DNA from: Planctomycetota bacterium
GTDB taxonomy: Bacteria > Planctomycetota > UBA1135 > UBA2386
Length of the DNA stretch: 64,000 nucleotides
Direction of reading: 5' to 3'
NCBI GenBank assembly: GCA_046290465.1
Contig: JBKAGP010000001.1
Coordinates: forward strand, 1,376,001 to 1,440,000
Made by a program: the position numbers and the translations under genes. Below are positions 1-11,637 of this stretch, in pieces (position 1 is the first letter of the stretch; every line of letters begins with the position of its first letter). The notes below the pieces were generated by a model. The model saw nothing but the letters and a program-made list of their open reading frames with translations, was not told the DNA's origin and did not search any database.

Positions 1-899
1 CGACCGGCGCGCGCGACCAGGCGGGTGGTCGCACCGCGACGGGCGCGCTCCTGCAGCTGCCCGCTGTCGAGTTCGCGCACGTCCTGCCGCACCACCGCGT
101 CGAACGACGGCGCTTCGCAGAAGGTCTCGCCGAACACCGCCGACCAGACGCACAGCAGCTTGACCGCGGCGTCGCTGCCGTCGAGGTCGAGGTCCGCGTC
201 CGGCTCGAGGAAGCCAAGTCGCTCGGCCTCCGCGATGCCCGCCGCGATCGTGGCGCCCTGCTCGACGGCGCTGACGATCGCCGTCGTGGTCACGTTGCCG
301 ACCAGCGCCAGGCCGCGCGCGTCCCGGCGCAGCTCGTCGAGCTCTTCGACCAGCTGGGCGCCGGTGCCCCCGAGCACGGCGTTGATGCCGAGGCGCGCCC
401 GCGTCGCCGGCGCCAGCCAGTCGGCGGCCCGGCGCGCCAGCGCGTTCTTGCTGCACAGCAGCAGCGACGCACCGCTCTGCAGCGCCGCGCGACCGCGCTG
501 GATCGCGGCATCGGTGCCCTCGGCGCCCGATGGCGTCGCGTCGACGACGAGGTCGGCCGCGACCACGCGGATCGCCAGCTCGGTCGGGATCGCCTCGGCG
601 CCCGGCCACGCTGCGATCGCCGAACCCTCGGCCTTGTGCGCCAGCAGCGCATCGACCGGCAGCCCGTCGCGCGAGTAGGTCGTGCCCGAGCTGTCGCTGA
701 TCGCGACGACGCGGACCCCGGCGTCCCGTTCGCGGAGCTGGCGCAGGAACGCGCGGCCGACCTGGCCGGGCCCGATCAGGTGCACGGTCGAACGCCCCGG
801 CGACTGGCCGGACGACAGGAACGCGTCCTGCGAACCGGCGGCGGTCGCTGACGTCGGAGAGGAAGGGCCACCGGCGGTGGCGGGAATCGAATCGCTCAT
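1..899 (-). CDS. Homoserine dehydrogenase-like protein (divergent; 3' end runs off the window)
   Basis: Absent from the ORF track; translated manually from ATG at 899. Shows Rossmann motif VHLIGPGQVG, VVAISDSSG, VVDATPS and GFLEPDADLDLDGSDAAVK (matches the HSD D..G.DAA.K catalytic region). Lies downstream of a SAM-I riboswitch. Confidence 0.75.
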   Translation of the reverse strand, partial: MSDSIPATAGGPSSPTSATAAGSQDAFLSSGQSPGRSTVHLIGPGQVGRAFLRQLRERDAGVRVVAISDSSGTTYSRDGLPVDALLAHKAEGSAIAAWPGAEAIPTELAIRVVAADLVVDATPSGAEGTDAAIQRGRAALQSGASLLLCSKNALARRAADWLAPATRARLGINAVLGGTGAQLVEELDELRRDARGLALVGNVTTTAIVSAVEQGATIAAGIAEAERLGFLEPDADLDLDGSDAAVKLLCVWSAVFGETFCEAPSFDAVVRQDVRELDSGQLQERARRGATTRLVARAG

Positions 900-1010
900 C
901 GGAACACGGCTCTCTCGGGCCCGTTCGCCAGGATTCGCGCGGCCGATGGGCCCGCGGGCCAGACCGACGGTGCGCCCGCAGGCGCAACCGGATGCCGGTT
1001 GGCTCACAAG

Positions 1011-1139
1011 CTCATCTTTCGACCACCTTGCCCTCCGTTGGGCACGGCGACGGCCGCGGGAATTGGCACCTGCTCGCAGCGTGGCTGCGCGTGGTTGCCC
1101 CAGCGTCGTCGGGCCCGTCCCTCGGCTGGTCTGGATGAG
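1011..1139 (-). ncRNA. SAM-I (S-box) riboswitch
   Basis: Minus strand reads CTCATCCAGA-CCAGCCGAGGGACGGGCCCGACGACGCTGGGGCAACC...GGTGCCAATTCC...GAAAGATGAG. P1 (CTCATC/GATGAG), GAGGGA.GGCCC, GCAACC and GGTGCCAA.TCC core motifs are all present, upstream of a methionine-pathway-type gene. Confidence 0.93.
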
Positions 1140-1197
1140 TTGTCGAGCGATTCGTATCGACAGACCGACGGGCCGTCAAGAGGGCGATCCCGGACCG

Positions 1198-2787
1198 TCA
1201 GCGATTCTTGCGCCGCTGAACTGCCTGCAACAGCTTCGGAGCGGCCCAGTCGTCGGGCCGCTCGGCGAGCACTTCGAGCAGCAGCGTCTCGGCTTCGTCG
1301 AGGCGGTTGCGGCGAGCGAAGTAATTGGCGAGCGCCATCTTCGCCTGCGGAAAGAACAGCTCGCCCGAGCTCTCGTAGACCTCGGTCAACTCGGCCTCGG
1401 CATCGCCGTGTCGCCCGACCGTGCCGCGGATCAGGGCGCGAACCTCGCGCAGCGGTGGATCCACCATCAGCACCCAGGACGCCGCGCGTTCCACCTGCGC
1501 CAAGGCACGATCGGCCCGCGCAGGATCGAACGATTGCGCCGCATACATCTTGGTCTTGATCGGCTGCTGCGCCGCCTCCATCGCACCCGCGCGCAGGCGC
1601 TGGCCGACGAACGTGTGCGCGGTGAACGCGAGCCACGCACCGAGCAGCACCAGCGCCACGTTGCCGGCACGGGTGCGCCTGCCACCCTGCTTGAGCACGG
1701 TGTGTTGGAAGCGGACGTCGCCCTGCCACCACAAGCGCGCGAACAGCATCGCGAACACCGCGGTGATCACGCCGAGGCCCACCGACATCAAAAACGGCAC
1801 GCCCTCGCCGAACCAGGCACCGCGAAAGGTCCACTGCACGGCGACGACGGCCACCACGGCCATCAGCACCTCCTCGGCCCAGACGAAGTCGGCCCGCTGC
1901 CGGATGCGCTGCTGGCTGGTCGCAAGCGGCTTGGGCTTGGCGATGCCGATCGACAGCGCGTTGGTCGGACAGACCGAGACGCAGTCGAGGCACTTCATGC
2001 AGCCCGGGTCGACGATCTGCTTGTGGCGGGCGACCTCCTCGTGCACCCGCACGTTCGACGTGCAGACGCTGGTGCAGTGACCGCACGCATTGCACGCGTC
2101 GTTGACCTTGACGCGCACCGGCGCGACCCGGTCGGCGAGCGTGAAGAACGCGCCGTACGGGCAGCCGTAGGTGCAGAAGCCCTTGGCGCCGAGCCACCAG
2201 ACGATCAGGAACCCGACCACCAGGAAGGTGCCGATCCCCATGATCGGTCCCGGAAAGGTCTGCCACAGATCCTGCGTGGTCAGCTCCCACCGCCACCCCG
2301 ACGGCCGCGGCCCCTCATCGGAAGAGATCCAGCGCTCGATGTGGGGCCAGCCGAACATGAAGAACGCCACCACCCATGGCGCCAGCACCAGCAACCGCGA
2401 GCGCAGCGGCCGCGGCTTCAGGCCCAGTTTGTGCAGCAACCAGGCACACAGGTCCTGCAGCGCCACGACGTGGCAGGCCCAGCCGCAGAACCACCGCCCG
2501 AAGATCAGCGTCGTCGCGATCAGGCCGGCGAACAGCAGGAAGCCGGCGTTGATCTCGCCTTGCTCGAAGGTCTGCATCGCCTCCGACGGCTCGACCGGGG
2601 TCACCGACTCGCCGGTCGCAAGCCAGTGCCAGATGTGCACGCCGATCAGCACGTGCACCAGGACCAGCACCCACGCGCGCAGCCTCGAAACCCTCGATCG
2701 GCGCACGCCCTGGCCCTTGGGCTTGTGGCGGTCCTGCCGCGGCAGCGCGGCGAGCGGGTCGTGGGTCGGAGGCTGCGTGGCCGTCAT
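1198..2787 (-). CDS. Membrane-bound 4Fe-4S ferredoxin-type protein (NapH/RdxA-like) with C-terminal TPR-like region
   Basis: GRWFCGWAC and FCTYGCPYGA motifs, two CxxCxxCxxxC clusters, many TM helices and a helical TPR-like tail. Start could be 2787 or 2802. Confidence 0.8.
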   Translation of the reverse strand: MTATQPPTHDPLAALPRQDRHKPKGQGVRRSRVSRLRAWVLVLVHVLIGVHIWHWLATGESVTPVEPSEAMQTFEQGEINAGFLLFAGLIATTLIFGRWFCGWACHVVALQDLCAWLLHKLGLKPRPLRSRLLVLAPWVVAFFMFGWPHIERWISSDEGPRPSGWRWELTTQDLWQTFPGPIMGIGTFLVVGFLIVWWLGAKGFCTYGCPYGAFFTLADRVAPVRVKVNDACNACGHCTSVCTSNVRVHEEVARHKQIVDPGCMKCLDCVSVCPTNALSIGIAKPKPLATSQQRIRQRADFVWAEEVLMAVVAVVAVQWTFRGAWFGEGVPFLMSVGLGVITAVFAMLFARLWWQGDVRFQHTVLKQGGRRTRAGNVALVLLGAWLAFTAHTFVGQRLRAGAMEAAQQPIKTKMYAAQSFDPARADRALAQVERAASWVLMVDPPLREVRALIRGTVGRHGDAEAELTEVYESSGELFFPQAKMALANYFARRNRLDEAETLLLEVLAERPDDWAAPKLLQAVQRRKNR

Positions 2788-2870
2788 CGGGGCGAGCAGC
2801 ATACCGGACGCCGGCAGCGCCGTCCGATTGCATTCGCAGCGCCCGGGCGCGATCGTCTGCGGCCAGAACG

Positions 2871-4556
<1,686 letters not shown>

Positions 4557-4585
4557 GCGGCGCGGCGCGGAACGGAGCTGTCCGC

Positions 4586-4702
4586 GCCACACCCAGCGGG
4601 CCACTTCCAGCAGGCCACGTCCAGCAGGCCACGTCCAGCGGGGACGCAGCCGAGCGCGCGGACCCGACAGTCCAGACTCGACAGCGCAAACCCGACAGCG
4701 CA
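4586..4702. repeat. Two adjacent 14-bp tandem arrays
   Basis: GCCACGTCCAGCAG-like unit x4 (4586-4641) and GACCCGACAGCGCA-like unit x3 (4661-4702). Confidence 0.75.
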
Positions 4703-4716
4703 GGCCCCGCAGCGCC

Positions 4717-4774
4717 GCCAACCGTGATCGCGGAAGCGGCGTGTACGCGGGCGGGCGGGGCTTTGCCCCGCTAG
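4717..4774 (-). repeat. Partial copy of the CTAG-bounded REP/MITE-like element
   Basis: GCCAACCGTGATCGCGGAAGCGGCGTGTACGCG...GGGGCTTTGCCCCGCTAG matches the copy at 45777-45863 but lacks the hairpin end. Its CTAG contains the stop of the gene ending at 4771. Confidence 0.85.
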
Positions 4775-6210
4775 CCGCGGATGACCAGCTCCGACGGGTT
4801 GGTCATCGACAGCTGCTGCTGCTGGTCGAGCATGATCGCCTGGCAGTGCACCGACGAGCCCAGGAAGCTGGGCAGGTTGGGGATCTCGATCGGGTGGTAG
4901 ACGCGGTTGTCGGCGTTGATGTAGATCGTCTGCAGACCGGCGTCGGTCGGCACCCACCAGTTGCCCAGCGGCGTCGAGACCGGCGTCGGGAAGCGGTTGA
5001 ACGACAGCCACGGGACCGCAACCGCGCCGTTCTGGCCGCGCACGCAGATCGTCACCGACGCGCCCAGCGTCTTGTTGGAGACCGACGAGATCTGCGCCGA
5101 CGGGTAGGCCTCGCTCTGGTGCACGTAGCGGCCCAGCTCGTCGGCACCGTAGTCGCCGGTGTCGTGCGTCAGGTAGTAGAGGTTGCCGTCCGGACCGGTC
5201 AGCACGTCGAAGCCCTGGCCCGGCAGGTCGTCGAAGATCGCCTGGTTGACGACGTGGTCACCGGTCGCATCGAGCCACAGCACGCGCAGCTCGTTGGCGT
5301 TGTAGTTGGTGAAGAACCACGCGTTCTTGTAGAGCGCCGGGTAGTGGTCGCCGGTGTAGAAGCAGGTACCGGTCGGCGCCGAGGTCGGATGGTAGAACGC
5401 CAGCGGGTCGACCAGCGTCGGGTCGGGCGTGCTCTCCTGCCCTTCGTGGATCGGCCAGCCGTAGTTGCCGCCACCGACGATGTGGTTGATCTCGTCCATC
5501 CACGAACCGCCGTTCTCGGTCTGGTAGAGATCCCCGCTGACCGGGTGCACCGTCAGGCCGAACGTGTTGCGGTGGCCGTACGACCACACCGCGTTGCCGA
5601 ACGGGTTGCTCGCCGGCACGGTCAGGTTCGGCACCTCGTAGCGCAGGATCTTGCCGCGCAGGCTGCCGGTGTTCTGCGCCCAGGCCGCGCCCAGCGCGTC
5701 GCCGGTCGCGACGTAGAGGTGGCCGTCGTGGCCGAACACCATCGAGCCGGCGTTGTGGTAGAGCGCCGCGTCGATGTCCCCCGTCTGGGTCAGCACCGTC
5801 AGGTTGGTGCCGACGCCGCCCTGGTCGCGCAGCCGCGCGATCCGGTTCTCGCTGCCACCGGGAGCGGTGTAGTAGACGTAGACGTAGCCGTTGCTGACGA
5901 AGCCGGGGTCGACCGCGATGCCGAGCAGGCCCGCTTCGGCCCACTGGCCGCCCGAGTGCACGCTGATCGTCGCCCAGGGGGCTGCCTGCAGCTGGCCGTC
6001 CTGGAACACGCGGACGTTGCCGGTGGCGCGTTCGGTGATCAGCAGGCGACCGTCCGGCGTGAACGCCATCGCGGTCGCGCGATCGAGCGGACCGTCGACG
6101 AGGGTCTCATAGGTGAAGCCCGCCGGCGGGTTCTGCGCAGCGAGCTCACCCGAGAGGGTCAGCGCGGCTGCAACGGTGGCGGATCCGAGGAGGTTGCGGA
6201 GCGAGAGCAT
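4771..6210 (-). CDS. Secreted PQQ-dependent sugar dehydrogenase (GSDH beta-propeller) family protein with extra C-terminal domain
   Basis: Signal peptide, AFTPDGRLLITER, EAGLLGIAVDP, HNAG...FGHDGHLYVATGD, LRGKILR, YGHRN, DEIN..GGNYGWP. Confidence 0.85.
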   Translation of the reverse strand: MLSLRNLLGSATVAAALTLSGELAAQNPPAGFTYETLVDGPLDRATAMAFTPDGRLLITERATGNVRVFQDGQLQAAPWATISVHSGGQWAEAGLLGIAVDPGFVSNGYVYVYYTAPGGSENRIARLRDQGGVGTNLTVLTQTGDIDAALYHNAGSMVFGHDGHLYVATGDALGAAWAQNTGSLRGKILRYEVPNLTVPASNPFGNAVWSYGHRNTFGLTVHPVSGDLYQTENGGSWMDEINHIVGGGNYGWPIHEGQESTPDPTLVDPLAFYHPTSAPTGTCFYTGDHYPALYKNAWFFTNYNANELRVLWLDATGDHVVNQAIFDDLPGQGFDVLTGPDGNLYYLTHDTGDYGADELGRYVHQSEAYPSAQISSVSNKTLGASVTICVRGQNGAVAVPWLSFNRFPTPVSTPLGNWWVPTDAGLQTIYINADNRVYHPIEIPNLPSFLGSSVHCQAIMLDQQQQLSMTNPSELVIRG

Positions 6211-6513
6211 CAGGGAGAATGGCGAGGCCGGCCTTCAGGGGTGGTGTGGCCGTTGGGTCGCATCGCGAGGCGAGGGAACCTACGGACAAGGCCGCCCTAC
6301 GCAAGCATGACACGCTACGGCCACGGCGATTACGGTTTCCCTTTGCGGCACTCCGGATGACCCTGGAGCGCATCTCAGGGGCCTCCCGGTCGTGGTCGGG
6401 AAGCGCCGTTGTTATCGAGTGTACGGCGCCCGTGCTTGAGGCCGAGCGCGAGCATTCCGACGCACTTCGCCGTGCGTTTTCGTGAAGAAAAGCGGCGCGC
6501 GACCCGGCCCCGA

Positions 6514-6550
6514 AAACTCGCGCTCGCAGTCGACGGGGCGCTGCGAGCGC
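6514..6550 (-). terminator. Possible intrinsic terminator downstream of ssb
   Basis: Minus strand GCGCTCGCAG-N11-CTGCGAGCGC followed by GAGTTTT. Confidence 0.4.
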
Positions 6551-6630
6551 CCGCCGTCCGGACCAGCGAAACGGCCGGCTGGAGTGGCCAGCCGAATGGG
6601 TCTGCGGGATGGAGCAGCTAGAACGGCCTG

Positions 6631-7077
<447 letters not shown>

Positions 7078-7336
7078 GAGGTGTTGCTCTCTCTGTCGTT
7101 TCTGGCTGCTTGGGAGGGCGCGCCGCGCCGCCGCGGATCGCGCGATCCGGGCATCCTAGCGGGCCTGCACGCCGGGTTCCATCGAGAGCCTCGGCGGCTG
7201 CCCGGCGGGGCGGCATCGCCGGGCCACCGCGCAGGGCCACCGCGCGGGGCCACCGCGCGGGGAGCACGCGCCGGGGCTGCGGTCGGCGGGTTTGCCTGGC
7301 TGGCGGCCAAACCGGGCATTGGCTACGCTCTGCGCC

Positions 7337-7693
7337 GTGACACAGCCGACTCCGCAATCCGAACGCCGCCGCGCGCCCCGCGCCGCCGCCTCGTTTCCGG
7401 TCAACCTGTCCTCCGACACGCTCGCCGAACCGGCGCTGCTGCGCGACATCTCGGAGATCGGCATGGCCTGCGACGCCCCGGCTCCGATCGACGAGATGAC
7501 CATGGTCGGCATCAACTTCTCGCTGCCCGGCCAGACCGAGAAGCACCAGGTCACCGGCGCCGTGGTCCGCTGCGACCGCGTCGAGGACCGCGACGGCAAG
7601 CCGCAGTGGGACATCGCGGTCTACTTCACCGAGATCAAGCCCGTGACCAAGGCGGCGCTGAAGGGCTACGTCGGCAAGGGCAAGCTGGTCTAG
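7337..7693 (+). CDS. PilZ domain protein (c-di-GMP receptor)
   Basis: ERRRAPR (RxxxR), DISEIG (D/NxSxxG), GAVVRC. GTG start inferred. Confidence 0.85.
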   Translation: MTQPTPQSERRRAPRAAASFPVNLSSDTLAEPALLRDISEIGMACDAPAPIDEMTMVGINFSLPGQTEKHQVTGAVVRCDRVEDRDGKPQWDIAVYFTEIKPVTKAALKGYVGKGKLV

Positions 7694-7747
7694 CGCTGCG
7701 GTCGGCGACCGCGACGGTCGACTGCTCGGCCATAGCGACGCGGCCAG

Positions 7748-7811
7748 GATCGACCCAGGCCCCGATCAACTCAGGCCCCGATCAACTCAGGCCCGGATCC
7801 ACTCAGGCCTG
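7748..7811. repeat. 16-bp tandem repeat x4 overlapping the prmC stop codon
   Basis: GATCGACCCAGGCCCC / GATCAACTCAGGCCCC / GATCAACTCAGGCCCG / GATCCACTCAGGCCTG. Confidence 0.8.
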
Positions 7812-8693
7812 GCGCCGCGCCAGCACGAACCGCGGCTTGCCGGCAGCGTCGCTGCGCAGTTCGACCGCCTCGAGGAACGGCAGCGCCGCCAGCACGTCGC
7901 GCGACGGCTCGGCAGCTCCGAGACCGGTCTCCGCGACGAACCACGCGCCCGGCTTCAGGTGGCGCTCGAGACCTTCGCCGATCTCGCGGTAGCACGACGC
8001 GGGATCCCCGGGCGCCGAGAACAGCGCGAGCGGCGGCTCGAAGCGCTTGACGTCGTCGGCCAACCCCTCGGGATCGTGCGGATCGATGTAGGGCGGGTTG
8101 CTGACGACGAGGTCGAAGCTGCGGCCCTCTTCGACCGGCTGCCACCACGAACCGTGCGCGAACGTGACGCGCTCCCCCACCTCGTTGCCGGCCGCATTGC
8201 TGCGGGCCACGGCGAGGGCGTTCTGGCTGGCGTCGACGGCGAGCACCCTGGCGTCGGGACGCTCAGCTGCGATCGCGATCGCGATCGCACCGCTGCCGGT
8301 GCCGAGGTCGACCACTTCGGGTTGCTGACGATCGCCGAGCAGCTCGAGCGCGACGTCGACCAGCTCTTCGGTCTCCGGCCGCGGGATCAACACCGCCGGC
8401 CCGACCTCGAGTTCGAGTTCGCGGAAGCTCCAGGTGCCGAGCAGGTGCGCGACCGGCTCGCCGTCGCCACGGCGGACCAGCAGCGCGCGCATCGCGGCGC
8501 GCTCCCGTTCGTCGAGCGGACGGTCGTGGTCGAGGTAGAGCTGCAGGCGGTCCAGCTTCAGGACCTTGCCCAGCAGCAGCTCGGCGGAGCGCTTGGGCGC
8601 TTCGACGCCGCGCTTGTCGAGCCAGCCCTCGGACGCGCGCAGCACACTCATGACGGTGTGCTGCACGTCGCCGGCTGGCGTCGGCTCGCTCAC
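7803..8693 (-). CDS. prmC: Release factor glutamine methyltransferase (HemK/PrmC)
   Basis: GEPVAHLLG, VLIPRPETEELV, DLGTGSGAIAIA, VSNPPY. GTG start overlaps the upstream TGA (GTGA). Confidence 0.95.
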   Translation of the reverse strand: MSEPTPAGDVQHTVMSVLRASEGWLDKRGVEAPKRSAELLLGKVLKLDRLQLYLDHDRPLDERERAAMRALLVRRGDGEPVAHLLGTWSFRELELEVGPAVLIPRPETEELVDVALELLGDRQQPEVVDLGTGSGAIAIAIAAERPDARVLAVDASQNALAVARSNAAGNEVGERVTFAHGSWWQPVEEGRSFDLVVSNPPYIDPHDPEGLADDVKRFEPPLALFSAPGDPASCYREIGEGLERHLKPGAWFVAETGLGAAEPSRDVLAALPFLEAVELRSDAAGKPRFVLARRQA

Positions 8694-9376
8694 TTGTTGC
8701 GCTTGCGCTCGGCGGCCTTCATGCGCTTCTCTTGGGTCGCCTGCTTGTTCTGCTTCATGCCGCCGGCGACCCCCATGATCAGGCCGGCCTCGGCCAGCAG
8801 GCCGCCCAGCATGATCAGCAGGTTGCCCGGGCCGAACAGGCGCCAGAAGCCTTCGCAGCGCACGCCGGCCTCGGCGTCCTTGCCGATCGTCGACGCCATG
8901 TCGGCGAACAGGTCCCCGAGCGACGCCGAGTAGGTGATGTCGGCCGTCAGCCAGCCGTTGGCACGCGCCACTTCGTGCGCCTTGACCGGATCGAACGCGA
9001 CCAGGTACCAGATGCCGCCGATCAGCGGGATCGACGCGGCCAGCACCCACTTCACGCCGGTGGCGCGGTTGTTGGCGATCGAGCCCCACCACGACCAGAT
9101 CATCGCAATCGCGATCAGCAGGTAGAAGCCACCCGCCATCGTCTGGTAGCCCGCGCGCGACACCTCGGCCGAGACCGGCATCATGCAGCCGACGAAGATC
9201 ATGACGCCCGCGAACAGGAAGCGGTACATCGACTTGTCGGTGCAGTACATGTTGAACGCCGGCGCGCCGAGGCCAGCGCGCTGGGCGGCCATCGGATCTT
9301 GCGGCGCGGCGGCCGCGGGGGCGGCGCCTTCCAGCGGCTCGAGGGGTTCGAGGGACGCGAGGTCGGTGTCGGTCAT
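8690..9376 (-). CDS. Hypothetical membrane protein (about 4 TM helices)
   Basis: Good codon bias, hydrophobic segments, basic C-tail. Lies between prfA and prmC. Confidence 0.7.
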   Translation of the reverse strand: MTDTDLASLEPLEPLEGAAPAAAAPQDPMAAQRAGLGAPAFNMYCTDKSMYRFLFAGVMIFVGCMMPVSAEVSRAGYQTMAGGFYLLIAIAMIWSWWGSIANNRATGVKWVLAASIPLIGGIWYLVAFDPVKAHEVARANGWLTADITYSASLGDLFADMASTIGKDAEAGVRCEGFWRLFGPGNLLIMLGGLLAEAGLIMGVAGGMKQNKQATQEKRMKAAERKRNK

Positions 9377-9520
9377 CTGTTCTGGCTCCGGGGAGAACGG
9401 GCGGGAGAGGGGTTGTGGGGCGAAGATCGTGGCGGATGCCGGTCCGTCAGTCACGCAAGAATCCGCTACGCACGCATCATTGCGGGCCGCGGTTCAGTGC
9501 AAATGGCGAACGGTCGGCGG

Positions 9521-10600
9521 TCACAGGTCGGCGATGCGCCGCTCCCGCAGGTCCAGCTGCAGGGCGGCGATGATCGGCTCGAGCTTGCCCTCCATGACCT
9601 GCGCCAGGGCGAAGTTCTTGCCGAGGCGGTGGTCGGTCAGGCGGTCCTGCGGGAAGTTGTAGGTGCGCACGCGGTCGCTGCGGTCGCCGGTGCCGACCTG
9701 CTCCTTGCGCTCGGCGGCGCGCTCGGCGGCGACGCGGCGCTGTTCGGCCTCGTAGATGCGGCTGCGCAGCAGTGTCATCGCCTTGGCGCGGTTCTTGATC
9801 TGGCTGCGCTCGTCCTGGCAGGCCACCACCGTGCCCGTCGGCAGGTGCGTGATGCGCACCGCGGAGTCGGTCTTGTTGACGTGCTGGCCACCGGCGCCCG
9901 ACGCGCGGTAGGTGTCGATGCGCAGATCGCCGGAGTCGATGTGCACGTCGACCTCCTCGACCTCGGGCAGCACCGCGACCGTCGCCGCCGACGTGTGCAC
10001 GCGGCCCTTGGCCTCGGTCTCGGGCACGCGCTGCACGCGGTGGCCGCCGGACTCGAACTGCATGTAGTGGAAGACGTTCTTGCCCTTGATGCCGATCGTC
10101 GCCTCCTTGAAGCCGCCGGTCTCGGTCGGCACCGAGTTCATCGGCTCGATCGTCCAGCCCATGCGGCCGCCGTAGCGCTGGTAGAGCGTCAGCAGGTCGC
10201 GAACGAACAGCGCCGCCTCGTCGCCACCGGTGCCGGCGCGGATCTCGACGATGCAGTTGCGGCGGTCGTCGCCGGCCTCGGCGAGCATCAGGTCGAGCAG
10301 CTCGGTGGCCTCGCTGGCCAGCTGCTCCTCGAGCTCGGGGATCTCCATCTCCGCCAGCTCGGCCAGCTCCTTGTCGTCGCCGGCCGCGAGCCCGCGGTTG
10401 TCCTCGAGCTGCTGGCTCTTCTTCTGGAAGTCCTGGTAGCGCTGGACCACCGGCGTGGCCTCACCGAGTTCGCGGTGGATTGCCGAAAGCTTTTCGGGCT
10501 TGTCGGCGAACTCCGGCGACGACGACTGCGCCATCAGCTCGTTGGCGCGCGCGACCATGCGGTCCAGGCGCGCGCGGACCTTGGGATGCAACCCGGTCAT
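9521..10600 (-). CDS. prfA: Peptide chain release factor 1
   Basis: [24 protein letters not shown] (PxT), [22 protein letters not shown]. Confidence 0.97.
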   Translation of the reverse strand: MTGLHPKVRARLDRMVARANELMAQSSSPEFADKPEKLSAIHRELGEATPVVQRYQDFQKKSQQLEDNRGLAAGDDKELAELAEMEIPELEEQLASEATELLDLMLAEAGDDRRNCIVEIRAGTGGDEAALFVRDLLTLYQRYGGRMGWTIEPMNSVPTETGGFKEATIGIKGKNVFHYMQFESGGHRVQRVPETEAKGRVHTSAATVAVLPEVEEVDVHIDSGDLRIDTYRASGAGGQHVNKTDSAVRITHLPTGTVVACQDERSQIKNRAKAMTLLRSRIYEAEQRRVAAERAAERKEQVGTGDRSDRVRTYNFPQDRLTDHRLGKNFALAQVMEGKLEPIIAALQLDLRERRIADL

Positions 10601-10734
10601 CTGGTGCGACTCCTTGGCGTCGGCGAAACGAACGTCGTCCCCGGGATGCCCGCCACAGAAGGAGGGATGCCGTCCGCGAGACGACTGGGGTCGCGGGGAT
10701 CAAGCGGCCTCGTCACGAGCGGACGAGGATCCAG

Positions 10735-10962
10735 CTAGCCCTTCTTGGCTTCCTTCGCGGCGTTCGCGCGAGCGTAGCGCTTGCGGAACTTGTCGACGCG
10801 GCCCGCGGTGTCCACGAACTTCTGCGCGCCCGTGTAGAACGGGTGGCACTCGGCGCAGATGTCGGTGCGGATCTCCGACTTGACGGACTTGGTGGTGAAG
10901 GTGGCGCCGCACGCGCAGCTCACCTTGCATTCGATGTACTTCGGGTGGATATCGGCTTTCAT
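10735..10962 (-). CDS. rpmE: 50S ribosomal protein L31 (Zn-binding type)
   Basis: [29 protein letters not shown]. Confidence 0.97.
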   Translation of the reverse strand: MKADIHPKYIECKVSCACGATFTTKSVKSEIRTDICAECHPFYTGAQKFVDTAGRVDKFRKRYARANAAKEAKKG

Positions 10963-11058
10963 GACGCACCAACGGCGCCGCTTCGGCGCATCTGTGGGGC
11001 GAAGCAGTTTAGGGCCGGATGCCGCGAGGTCAACACCTTCGCAGGGCCGAACCCGCGC

Positions 11059-11637
11059 CTAGGGCAACCAGCGCACCAGCCGTTCGAGTTCGGCCGTGGA
11101 CAGCTCGAAGCCGACCGGCCGCAGCCGCGCCCGCGGGAACGGCCGCTGCGGGAACCAGCGCAGCAGCAGGCCGCCGAGAGCCCCGCGCGCCTGCGGCGTC
11201 AGCGCGTCGAGGCGCTCGGCCGGCAGCACCAGGCCGGCGCCATGGCCGTCACGGGACCGGGGCGCAGCCGCAGCGGGGCCCTCGGCCAGCGGCCGCGGCC
11301 GTCGCAGCGCCAGGGTGCCGTCGCCCAGCACCTCCACCACCGGTGCGATGTCCGGCGGCAGCGCCGAGGCCCGGGCAGCGACGGCCAGCGTGCCGGCGAG
11401 CGGTCCGAGTTCGAAGCCGAGCGCGTCCTGGTGGCGCGGCTCCAGCAGTTCGTACTCGTAGGACGGCGCGCGCTGCGCCGCCTCGGCAGCCGCGTCCGGC
11501 TCGACCGGCTGCGCCCGCAGCGTGCGCTTGGGACCGTCGTCGAACGCCTCGACGACGAATGCCAGCACCACGATCGCGACCAGCGCGAAGCCGAGCGCCA
11601 GCAGCAGCCGCGCAAACAGGTTCGACGGCAGGTTCAC
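11059..11637 (-). CDS. Hypothetical protein with N-terminal TM anchor
   Basis: Start overlaps the maf stop; hydrophobic N-terminus; no family recognised. Confidence 0.6.
   Translation of the reverse strand: MNLPSNLFARLLLALGFALVAIVVLAFVVEAFDDGPKRTLRAQPVEPDAAAEAAQRAPSYEYELLEPRHQDALGFELGPLAGTLAVAARASALPPDIAPVVEVLGDGTLALRRPRPLAEGPAAAAPRSRDGHGAGLVLPAERLDALTPQARGALGGLLLRWFPQRPFPRARLRPVGFELSTAELERLVRWLP

Noticed and set aside
6390..6470. SAH riboswitch suggested by CAACGGCGCT on the minus strand
   Set aside because: The 5' GAGGAGCGCTGC and CAGGCTC elements are absent.
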